Assembly (NCBI GenBank): GCA_001244265.2
Contig: CDLV01000011.1
Location: forward strand, 372,001-436,000
Direction of reading: 5' to 3'
DNA from: Microbotryum violaceum
Lineage: Eukaryota
Length of the DNA stretch: 64,000 nt
In this document: positions 24,260 to 34,618 of the stretch, one piece after another
How positions within the stretch are numbered: the stretch's first letter is position 1
Layout of the letters: the number at the start of each line of letters is the position of its first letter
Notes under the pieces: generated by a model
What the model saw: the letters and a program-made list of their open reading frames with translations, nothing else
Databases searched by the model: none
Told to the model about the DNA's origin: nothing
Program-made: the position numbers and the translations under genes

Positions 24260-26852
24260 ATGGTAAGCTACAACATATCTTTGGTTCAACTCTATTGGGT
24301 AAACAAGCCTTGGCAGCTGATGACCGTGCTCCTCATCTCGATCGATCTTCCTCTGGCGGTGGCAGGCGTCCCTGCTCGCCTTGACCGGTGGCTTCACCGG
24401 TTTCGTCTATCGATTCCTCGTATGGTGTAGGTCACTTTAAAGCCAAAGGGGTACTGAGCTCCATAGCTGACAGCGCCATTCATCACCCAATCGCAGCATT
24501 TCTTCGATTGATCCCAGGACGTCAGGGCACCTACTTGCTCCCGGCCTTCTTCCTCCTCAACTCGCTCTGCTTCTACTACAACTCGCCCACACCAACCAAG
24601 GAGCTCCCAACTCATCGCGTGGGAACGACCGAGGTGGAGTCTGAGCGACCCGCCACGCCTACGTCGGGAGCCAAGACCATCATCTCCCCTGGTGCGCCCA
24701 CTTTTGCTCAAATCGCCGCGACTGAGCCCACCTCGAGCGACAACGAGATCGTGCTCAAGGGCGATGCAGCTTTTGAGACCGTTTCGACCGGCTCGACTGC
24801 TTCAACGCCGACGTCCCCTTCCTCCGCTGCGGGCTCATTGCGCCGACGCAAGAAGAAGAAGCAGATCAAGACCCTCGATTCGGAGGAGCCGACCGATGCT
24901 CTCATTCCTTTGGAAGATGAGCCCGAGCGAAAATTACCACAAAGCGATGTCACTTTGCGATCGCTCATCTCCAACCTCGTCCTGTCCACCCCGTCGCACT
25001 CGATCTTTCTTAACCGCGTCACGCTTGCGATTAACGTCTTCCTCTTGGGCCTTTGTCTCGATGCTCTGTGGACCCCGATCCTGGGTCAGCATGAGCACGA
25101 TCTCGCTTTTGCCCGCGTCGGTGCCGTGGACCACATGTCGGCCAAAGTTTTTGCTCGAGTACCTCCCGTCCACACTGCCTTGACGGCTGAAGCGGTGCAG
25201 TCCACCAACGACACGACCCTCTTCGCCGTGCTCAGTGACCAGGTCGACTCGTTTGCCGGGGCTCGCGTCGTCTACCGTCCGACCAAGCCGCTCGGCAAAT
25301 GGATCGATGGGGGTGATTTGCGTGTCGAGGAGAACCGTGATTACACCGGTGTGCTCCACCTCAAGGGCCTGTGGGCCCAGACCGAATACGAATTCCGACT
25401 CCTTCGTCCGACGCTCAGTTCATCGCAACACCCTTCGTTCCCTTCGACCTATTCGTTCACGACCTTCCCCGACCCTGCGCTTTCTTCGGCTGGCTCACCT
25501 GGCGCGGGAACTCATTTCTCCTTCGTCTCTACGTCGTGCGTCAAGCCGGGTTTTCCTTACACAGGTCCTTGGAACAAGAAGTCGATCAAGGGTGCTCGTT
25601 TGCTGAAGAAGGTCGTCGAAGAAAAGGGCCTCAAGTTCATGCTCATGCTTGGCGACTTTATCTATGCCGATGTAGGTTACAGAGAGTAGCATCCGAACCA
25701 TGCCTTCGCTAATACGTCCTACGCGCGTACCCCACAGGTTCCCTTTTATGCAGGCCCGTCGGTCGCGCAGTACCAGAAACGTTACCGACAAACGTTCGGC
25801 TCACCCGACATGCTGGCCCTCCTCGAAAAGCTGCCTTCGCTTTACACCAAAGATGACCATGAGATCCGCAACGATTTCTCCTCGCAAGAGTCCGATCCGT
25901 CCTTCGCGACGGCCAATGCGGCGTACCGCGACTATCTCGGGTCGGCGAACCCTTCTCCTGTCGACGAGGGAGAGGACTACTACTCGTTCCGTCATGGTGA
26001 CGCAGCTTTCTTCGTCTGGGACACGCGTCGTTATCGATCCAAGAACAGCGCGATCGATGACGAGCACAAGACGATGCTGGGACAGAAGCAACGCGAATCG
26101 TTTGAAAAGTGGCTCAAGGAGGTCAACAACACCGTCACGTGGAAGTTTGTGGCGAGCAGCGTTCCGTTCAATAGCTTGTGGAATCATGGCCAAGATACAT
26201 GGGCTGGGTTCTTGAGCGAACGAGGTCAGTCGTCTGTGGCTTCCTGCTTGGTTATGCTGGGTGCTAAATCTCATCCCGGATCGGACTCAGATGCCATCAT
26301 GGACACGCTGCAATATGTGCCCAACGTGATCGTACTCTCGGGGGTGAGTTCGACCGTTTCGATCATCCTTCTGACTCGACCGGTCGCTGAGACGCTGTTT
26401 TCACGATAGGATCGTCACGAGTTTGCCGCCGCCAGTATTCGCACGACAGTGACCGAGTTCTCGACCTCTCCGCTCAACATGTTCTACCTGCCGATCCGCA
26501 CGCTTTCGCAAGCCAACAACCGCGGCGCGACGGGCGAGGACGTGTTGCTCAACTACCTCCCCGACGGGAACCACAAGTTCACGACATTTGAAGTCGACAC
26601 GCGCGTCGTGAACCAACCCCTTGTGCGTGTGCAAGTTTACATCGATGGGCAGGTCGCTTGGCAGGTCGAGGTGAGGGGCGTGCCGATTCGGTCGCCGATG
26701 GTCGTTCCGAGGGCGATTGGGAGTTTGGGCAAGAGCTTGTTGGAGTTGTTGGGATTCAAAGTGAGTGGAGCATAGTACGGTAGACTCACCTACTCAATAC
26801 TGATAAGGTCGCCGTACCGTTTCTTGTTCTGCAGAAGCGAAAGTGGTTCTAA
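24260..26852 (+). CDS. Membrane-anchored PhoD-like alkaline phosphatase D family protein
   Basis: MLGDFIYADV, DDHEIRND, WDTRRYRS, DTWAGF, VLSGDRHEF motifs; first coding exon appears to be ATG only (24260-24262, followed by GTAAGC); ends KKRKWF*. Confidence 0.88.
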
Positions 26853-27152
26853 TTCACAAGCCAGTGTGATCAAAGATGTCGACTGTGGTCGTCGGTTGCC
26901 GACGATTATTCTATTCTGTACGCTCTGCGCTTCCACAGATGATACGATCTATGATGTAATTAGACGAAATGAAATCATTCCCCCAAGAGCAGGTTTGTGC
27001 TCCGAATCAACCCGAGAGAAAAGGTCACGAACAATCTTGAGCAATTCGACGAGCTTGGTCCAAAGGCCAACTAACTGATCGTCGGAGCGTGTGTGGTGCG
27101 ACGCAGGGTTCTTTATCCGCACCCCACCCAATTTCCGTCGCTCGCGTGCAAG

Positions 27153-27484
27153 ATGTACGGAGGAGGTGAGTAACGCTGGAGTGTGGGAAGATGCAGTGAT
27201 GCCCCAACTGATAGCTCGACCTGCCAGGCCCTCCCCCCGGGTTCAGGCCTCCACCAGGCTTTGGTGCGCCTCCATCAGCAGCAGCAGGGGCCAGTCCCCG
27301 TGCTGGTGGGTCGTACGGACCAGCGGGCGGCAACCCCAACCCCAACTATGCACCATCACCGCCCCCCGTCGGAGGACCTATGAACCGCTATCCACCCCGA
27401 CATGCTGGAATAGGTTCAGCACCACCAGGCTTCCACCATCATCAGCCACAAGGCTCGCCGAACTCGTTCCAGGGCGGGCAACAT

Positions 27485-27525
<41 letters not shown>

Positions 27526-29669
27526 CCCACCTCCACCTGGCTTTCCTCACGACCCAGGCATGATGGGAGGCGGCGGTCCACCACCTGGGTTCGTTCCTCA
27601 ACTCAGTCAGGAAAGGTTCAAGTTGTTCGTGGGCAAGATCGCCGAGATGAGTGATGGCTGGTTGAACAAGCTGTTGGAGGTCAGTCTGCGAGGGTGCTCG
27701 TCGGCGTAACCCGAGTGGCTTCGAGGCCATGGAAGACTCGGACACCTACTCACACTCTATCATTTCATACATTCAGATCGCTGGACCTGTTTTGTCCGTC
27801 ACTCGTCCGGCCAGACCGATGGCCTTTGTCGAGTACGGTGACCCCGAGGTAGTTCTTCGTGCGCTCGAGGTCCTCAACGGCGCTGCCATCAGCTACCCCT
27901 CTGGCAAATCCGACGCCTTGTTGATCAAAACTGACGACAAAGTACGAGCGAGGCTCGATGAATACGAGAAAACGCGGGTGAACGACAATGTGAGCGTTGT
28001 CCTCCAAGGCTTCTGTCGCGATGAGCAGCGAATGGGAGCTGATATGCTTCATCCTATCGTGCACAGTCCCAAGCCGATCTATTGGAACAAGCCAAGAACG
28101 ATCTACGTGTTATCGCAGACCGCATCAAAAAAGGTGAATCCCCCTCCGCTGCTCGAGCACCCCTGGGCGACTCGGCCGAACCCGACGACGATGGCATCCC
28201 CGCCCATCTCCGCGATCTCGCACCCGAAGACCTCCCCGAGCACCACCGCGAAGCCATCACGTCCGAGATTGCCATGTTTCGTGAGATTGCGTTCAAGAAG
28301 GCCGCGGAGAAGAAGGCCGTGCAGTTGAAGAGGGAGCAGGAGGCCGTGACGAATCGGATTCTGGCAGAGAGGAGATCGGTCCCGACTGGGCCGGCGAGGT
28401 CGAATTCGCATCCTTCTCTAGCTGGTGCTTCTTCGTCAGCTCCACCGTCGGCAAGCTCCAAGTCAGCACCTGGACCTACGGACGCTCCGAGCGATGATCC
28501 GCAGAGCTATAACAAGCCTGTGACCTTCGTGAGCGAGGGGACGGGACTGGACGATGCGCAAAAGGAGCGCGAGAGGGCAGAGAGGGCGTACAGGGATGCA
28601 GAGGCACTCTTTCACGAGGTGAGCACCTCAAACAATCTAGGGCCTGGCTTCAAACCTTACTGAGTAAGAACTTCCACGCCCACAGCGCGAGCGGAGATTC
28701 GAGCAACGTGAGCGACAACGAATCAACAACTACGACCGAGAACGAGCACGCGAGCGAGCCGAAGAGGAGCGCGAAGCCCGAGAACGAGACGTGATGTTGG
28801 ATCGCTTGGCACGATGGGACGACGAAGCTGAAGTTGAACGAGGGCGCGAATTGTTCTACATCGATCGATCGAGATGGAGGACCCAACGCCGAGCTCAGCG
28901 ACAGCGTGAGCAAGAAGCCGATGACCTCGATCGTCAACGCGAGAAGGAAGAATATGAAGCCGCTGCCAAGCAGGGTGATGCATTCCTTGATCAATTGGGA
29001 TTCCTCGCACCGCCTTCAGGACTGGACGTCAAACTCAAGCTCGAACCAACCGTCATTAAAGCTGCGATCAAACCGGCCAAACCTGCGACGAGCTTATTGG
29101 GTTTGGCCGATGATGACGAAGAGGGCAAGACGAAGCGTGCGCTCATCCCTCTGGTGTACGACGACGACGGAGGAGGAGGAGCGGAAGATGGCAAGTCGTC
29201 AAAGGAAAGGAAGGAAGATCTTGAGGCAAGGATACCGAGATCGAAGGATGAGGTGTTTGCCTGGCCGATATACTGGTCCGGACTGAGCGAGGTACGTACG
29301 CGTGCAGTTCTGGTCGTCTCGAAATTCCCATGCTGATCGCCATTGGACCAATCGCGCAGGCTTTGATCACCAAGGAGCTAGTGCCCTTTACGACAAGTAT
29401 GATCGTTGAGTCCCTGGGATTCGAGGAAGAGGAACTCTTGAGCGCCGTGATGACTCACATTAGGAGACACGCTGCGCCGCACGCGCTCATCGAGGAACTC
29501 GAACCGGTGCGCATCCATTCACTAGCTCGGCATTTAGCAGCTCGATTTCTCGTTGCTAATCCTTTGTCTGTCATAGGTCCTCGACGAAGAGACGAGCGAG
29601 TTCGTCGTCAAGTTTTGGCGCGAATTGATCTTGCGGACCGAGTTGAGCAAAAAGGGAGGAAGCAAGTAA
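27153..29669 (+). CDS. SNU71: U1 snRNP-associated protein Snu71/RBM25 (RRM, RE-rich coiled coil, PWI domain)
   Basis: Pro/Gly-rich N-terminus, KLFVGKI..AFVEYGDPE RRM, WDDEAEVERGRELFYIDRSRW, IPRSKDEVFAWPIYW and PWI domain (IVESLGFEEEEL..VLDEETSEFVVKFWRELI). Confidence 0.88.
27485..27523 (+). repeat. (CAG)13 microsatellite encoding polyQ in Snu71
   Basis: Perfect CAG run read directly. Confidence 0.95.
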
Positions 29670-29935
29670 GCCAAAAAGCTTCTCTCCTCATTCCGTCGAG
29701 TCGTATTCTGGTGTGCGTCCGTGGCTGGTCGAATACTTTCTTCTTACCCACTCTTACGGAATTGCTCTTGCTCTGCCCTCTACCTTGAACTCTCTCTGCA
29801 ACGATATGCAATACCGTCATGAACTTTTCCGTCATGATACGAGAAAGTCCCATAGCGATCTTCCACGATCCAAAATAGGTTTTGGTGAGATCGTAATGAT
29901 GTTTCATGTGTTTCGTGACATTAAAGTATCAAGCT

Positions 29936-32900
29936 CTAAGCCTCCCTAGCCACATTCATAGCCTCAACCTCCAAGGCCTCAATCGCCGTCCTCTTCCCAG
30001 CTCCTCCAGGAGGGATCTTCGAAGGTCCTGCAGCCCGCAACCCTACACCGGCGGTATTGGCTCTTCCCCCTCTTGTGTCGAGCCCCTGTGCTCGGAAAGG
30101 GTTGCCCCATCCCATTCGCGCACCAATGAAGTTGCGCGCGAATAATTCGCCGAAACCTGAGGATGCTCGAAAGGAATCAGTCTCTACCCCAACCAAAAGC
30201 TGTCACAAGCCCGAGTCAAAGCACTTACCCAACATGACCCCATTGATGAACGGCAAACCAAAGTTGATCACGACGGAAGCGAGAATAGCAGGTAGCTTGG
30301 CTGCCCAAGGGGTCGTTTTCCATGTGTTGACGATCGTCAAAGTCAAAGAGGGGGCATCTTCCGCTTGGTGGGAAGGGTCCTTCTTGTCGTCGTCGTCGTC
30401 GCCGTTGGAGGACGGAGGAGCCGAGTTGGAAGTCAGCATTTCACCGATCTCACCTCCCAAAGCGGAAGGCACGGCGGCGTCATTTGTTGTTGCGGGAAGA
30501 GTTGATGCCGATTCATCCGCCGAACCTGCCGAGTTCTCACCCGAGATAGGTGCAATCGGTGTATCGACAACCTCGGCCTCCGACCCTGAAGCAGCAAGGT
30601 GCTCCTGCAGAGCCGAAGCTGAAAGCCCAGCGTTCTCCTCAAACTCCTTCTCCTCAACCTCCTTCTCCTCAACCTCCTTCTCCTCAACCCCCTTCTCCTC
30701 AACCTCCTTCTCCTCAACCCCCTTCTCCTCAACCTCCTTCTCCTCAACCTCCACCTTAATCGGCTCAACCTCATCAACATCAAGCAGATCATCCAAACTA
30801 GGAAGCGCGATGACCTGTTCCGCCGTCAGAGGCATCTCGTCCCCATCCAACGTCTCGGGAAGACCCGTAGAAGAAGTCAAATCCGATACCGAGGGGAGTG
30901 ACACGGGAATGCGGTCTTGAGATCGATCGGAGGTGGCGCGGGCAGAGGCGATTTCTTCGGCTGAGATGAGGAGGTCGGTCGATTTGGATGAGGGGACGAC
31001 GGACGCTTGGATCTCCTTCTCGACTTGAAACGGCGCCGAGACGTCCTGCTCCACAATTCGGGTCTCCTCCACAGGCGGGACGACGGACTGAACAGCAGTC
31101 GAAACGTTCTCCACGAGCGACTGAGTCCCTTTGATAACGTTGTTTTTTGCTTCCTCGGCGACCTCGATCGACTTCTCGACGGAATCGGAGACGACATCTT
31201 TGGTAGTGTCGTATGCCCCGGAGACACACTCCTTGGTTGTCTCGACAACTTCCGAAACGGCCTCGTGAGTCTGTTTGACGGCATCTGAGACAACATCTTT
31301 GGTCGTCTCAATTGAACCAGACACGACCTGCTGGGTCATTTTGTATGATTCGGACACGACCTCCTGTGTGGTCTCGGCAGCATCCACAACAACCTCCTTC
31401 GTGGCCTCGGCAGCGTCCGAAACAACTTCCTTGGTTTTCTCGTAGGTGTACTCTGCAACCTCGGCGGCCTGCGACACCTTGTCCGAAACGACATTCTGGG
31501 CCGTTTCGATCGAATTTGCGACGACCTCTTTGGCGCTCTGAACCACTTCAGAAGTCTTGTCGACGGCCGCCTCTGTCACCTCACTAGCTTGCTCAACGAC
31601 TTGCTCGACTTGAACCTCGGCTCGTTCGACGACTTCTTCAGCGATGGTAGAGACGTGCTCCTTGGCAGCCTGTATCAATACGGTAGTCAGCACAGAGGTC
31701 AAGGAATAAGAATGAACAGATCGATCATCTTGCTCACCTGCGCCGTCTCGGATGCAGAAGCGGCCAACTCCTCGACTTGCTGCTTAGTCTTCTCGATAAT
31801 GGGAGCCTCCGAATTGGCCTGCTCGACCGCAGCCTCCTCCACTTGCTTCGCTTCAGCTTCGTGCACAGCGGTTTCGGCCTCGACCTCCGTCGTGCTAGGC
31901 TCCGGTGCAGGGAGGTCCACCTCGGTTTCCGGCTCGACGTCGACCTTGACTTGTTCCGTTTCGACCTCTGCTTCCTTTCGGACCTCCTCGGCTGCCTCTG
32001 AAAGCTCAGGCGTGGCTTCGGCCTGAACCTCATCAGGCTTTGTTTCCTCGACAAGAGCTGTCTCCTCAATCTTGTCCTCCTCGACCTTGTTCTCTTCCAC
32101 CGGCGCATCCACCTTGTTCACTTCCACCTCCTCGGCCGTCTTCTGCTGCTGCTGCTGCTCCTTCAAATGCAACTCTTCTTCTTGCTCCTCGACCCTCCTG
32201 ACCACCTCCACAGGCGGCTCAAACCTCGGCGCCTCGGCATTCAACACCTCCTGCTCGACCTTCTTGGCCATTTCGGCCTCTTCAACTTTGGCCGTCGTTG
32301 CGGGCGTAGGATCGAATTCGATCGCTGTTGCGGAGAGGGTCGAGGTGCGAGCAGCGGCGGTCTTTTTCTTTTTCTTCTTCTTGTTCTTACTACCGCTCGT
32401 ACTTGTAGTATTCGTAGTTCCGATGGTGGAGCCGGCTGGATCGTGGGAAGAAGTGATTGAACTAGAACTCGCGACGGGGATTGAAGAAGAAGGGGCTTTG
32501 AGTCTTGGCGAGGAAGGGATCGCCGACGACGACGATGCCGCTGAAGCTGAAGCTGAAGCTGCAGCCGTCGAGACACGCCGCTTCTTGGGGTCGGACGAGA
32601 TGAGATTGGGAGGAGAAGGAGTCGAGTTTGACGGGGAAGGGATGTGGCTGTGCGCCGTTCGAGAAGAGGGGTGGGTGAGCGTCGAGGTGGACTTGGATTT
32701 GGGGGAAGAGGTAGGCGACGAGGAAGCGATCGCGTAAGCGACCGTCGGGGTCGAACCTGGCATTTTCGAATTCAAACTCGAGTTTGAAGGGGTCGAGGCC
32801 GAGGCTGGGTTGGACATGGTGCTGAGGTTGGAAGTGGAGGACGTGCTCGACGGAGCCGGTCGGGCGTAAGGATGGTGATGATGATGAGCGCCCGTGGTCG

Positions 32901-32964
32901 AGTTGGTGGGAGTCGAAGAGTGGGAGCTCAGAGTTGTCGGTATCCTCGAAGCGGCAGTTGTCAT
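29936..32964 (-). CDS. MIM1: Giant (962 aa) protein with C-terminal Mim1/Tom13 mitochondrial outer-membrane domain and internal 11-mer repeats
   Basis: Exons 32964-31738, 31669-30229 and 30156-29936 total 2889 nt in frame; splicing restores INFGLPFINGVMLGFGELFAR, the Mim1 TM signature. Confidence 0.8.
30644..30748 (-). repeat. 7 x 15-bp coding tandem repeat (VEEKE/VEEKG)
   Basis: Units CTCCTTCTCCTCAAC / CCCCTTCTCCTCAAC on the + strand. Confidence 0.92.
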
Positions 32965-33229
32965 GTTTCAGGAGCGTCGTTTCCTTTTCCGCGCGCGTTG
33001 AAATGGAAAGGAGACCCCGTGGATCGTGTGGGCCAAGAGCAAGAAAAAGGAGACGCTCCTCTCGCTCCCTCGTTTCCTCGCAGTTCTCTCGCTTTCTCGC
33101 GGCCGAGCGCTTTCGGGAGCGCTTTCGGGAGCGCTGCCGAGAGCGATCCTCCTCTGCCCTCTCGCACGCCACCTTAGGCTCGCAAACGCACACCTCAAAC
33201 CCCCCGCCTCCACTCACAACCACAAACAA
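32965..33229. promoter_or_regulatory. Putative bidirectional promoter (265 bp) between MIM1-like gene and PAM18, with a 12-bp tandem repeat
   Basis: Divergent ATGs at 32964 and 33230; GAGCGCTTTCGG x2 plus GAGCGC at 33105-33134. Confidence 0.6.
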
Positions 33230-34071
33230 ATGGCTTCCGTCCTCGTAGGAGCCGGTGCATTGCTGGGCATCGGCGTCGCCGCACGAGCCTCTCTCCGATC
33301 AGCGGCCAAGAACGGCGCCAAACTCTCCCCTCTGATGGCCGCGATCGCAGGTCAGAAGAAAGCAGGCGACGAATGGGTCAAGGGAGGCTTCCAGGGAAAG
33401 ATGGACAGGAAGGAGGCGGCGCAGATCTTGGGGCTGAGGTGAGTTGCGCCGTCGAGAGAGGGACGGGAACGAGCTTGCGAAGCTTCACCCTTTCGAGGTT
33501 CGCCGTACATGGAGGGAATCGTACAGCGCAGACATGTCGAGTTCTTGACATGTTCGACAACATCATTCCTGGAAGAATGGATGCTGGAATGATCCGTTCG
33601 AAGAGGCTACACCCATCCGCGATCCAGCCCCGGCCCGGAAGACTCACACTTCATCTCAACCTCCCAGGGAATCGCACATGACCATCAACCGACTCAAGGA
33701 CGCACACCGGCGGATCATGTTGGCGTACGTTCCCATACTACCGAATACAGGGACGCTCGGACCCCTCCGGACTGACACCCTCTCGATGCGGCGCCTCGGA
33801 TAGAAACCACCCCGATCGAGGAGGAAGCCCATATATCGCTTCCAAAGTCAACGAGGCAAAGGTAGGCTCCTATGACTCGAATTATGAGCTTCCCATCGCA
33901 TCAGCTGACCCTTCCCCATTCTCGCTTCTGACTGCAGGATCTCCTCGGTACGCTTTCCTCTCGACACCCGACAGACTTCTCGCGATCCCCTTCATGCCCC
34001 GAAAAGCAAATAGCCTTCTGATCCCTCTCGTTCCCTTTCTCTCATCGACAGAAAAACAACTCTCCAAGTAA
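33230..34071 (+). CDS. PAM18: Mitochondrial import motor J-protein Pam18/Tim14
   Basis: [55 protein letters not shown] across 5 exons, including a 10-nt micro-exon at 33938-33947. Confidence 0.95.
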
Positions 34072-34422
34072 TCTCAAGATCCCGTAAGCCCCTTCCCGTC
34101 CAAAGCACAACAGCTTTGAATGCTCCTCGAGCTGATTCTTCCCATCGTTCACTAGTCTACCTTTCTTGTACTTGTCGTTCAATCCTTAGCATACCACACA
34201 TCCCCCCTCTCCTCCTCCTTACCACCCCTGTAACATTGTAATCTAACACTCCATCCATTTGGACCAATTGATCCGCCCGACTTCGAAGCGATTACGAATC
34301 CAGGGCACTGTCTTCATGAACGAGAAACGGAAAAGAAGAGAACGCATTAGGAATCGCAGGCCGCGATTTGGTACGCGTATTATGTACAATTTGCCTTGCA
34401 GCTCAGGAAGGCGCGGGTACCC

Positions 34423-34445
34423 AAAAAAAAAAAAAAAAAAAAAAA
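34423..34445 (+). repeat. Poly(A) tract (23 nt), intergenic between convergent PAM18 and carboxypeptidase Y genes
   Basis: Read directly. Confidence 0.9.
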
Positions 34446-34618
34446 CCCCGACTTTGACCTTCAGCTGTCCGTGCGATCAAAGTAGGGGTGAGGTAAGAGG
34501 GATCAAACACGAGCTGTTCACTTTAACCAAAGTGGATCCGAGGAAGGAGGCTCAGAGAGGAAGGATCGAAAAGACTAAACCAGATCAAAGGTGGCGATAA
34601 GCAGATGCGACTCTTCGT

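Noticed and set aside
30057-32737. Long plus-strand Ser-rich ORFs (30057-30920, 31589-32026, 32072-32737)
   Set aside because: Antisense reading of the Glu-rich MIM1-like gene
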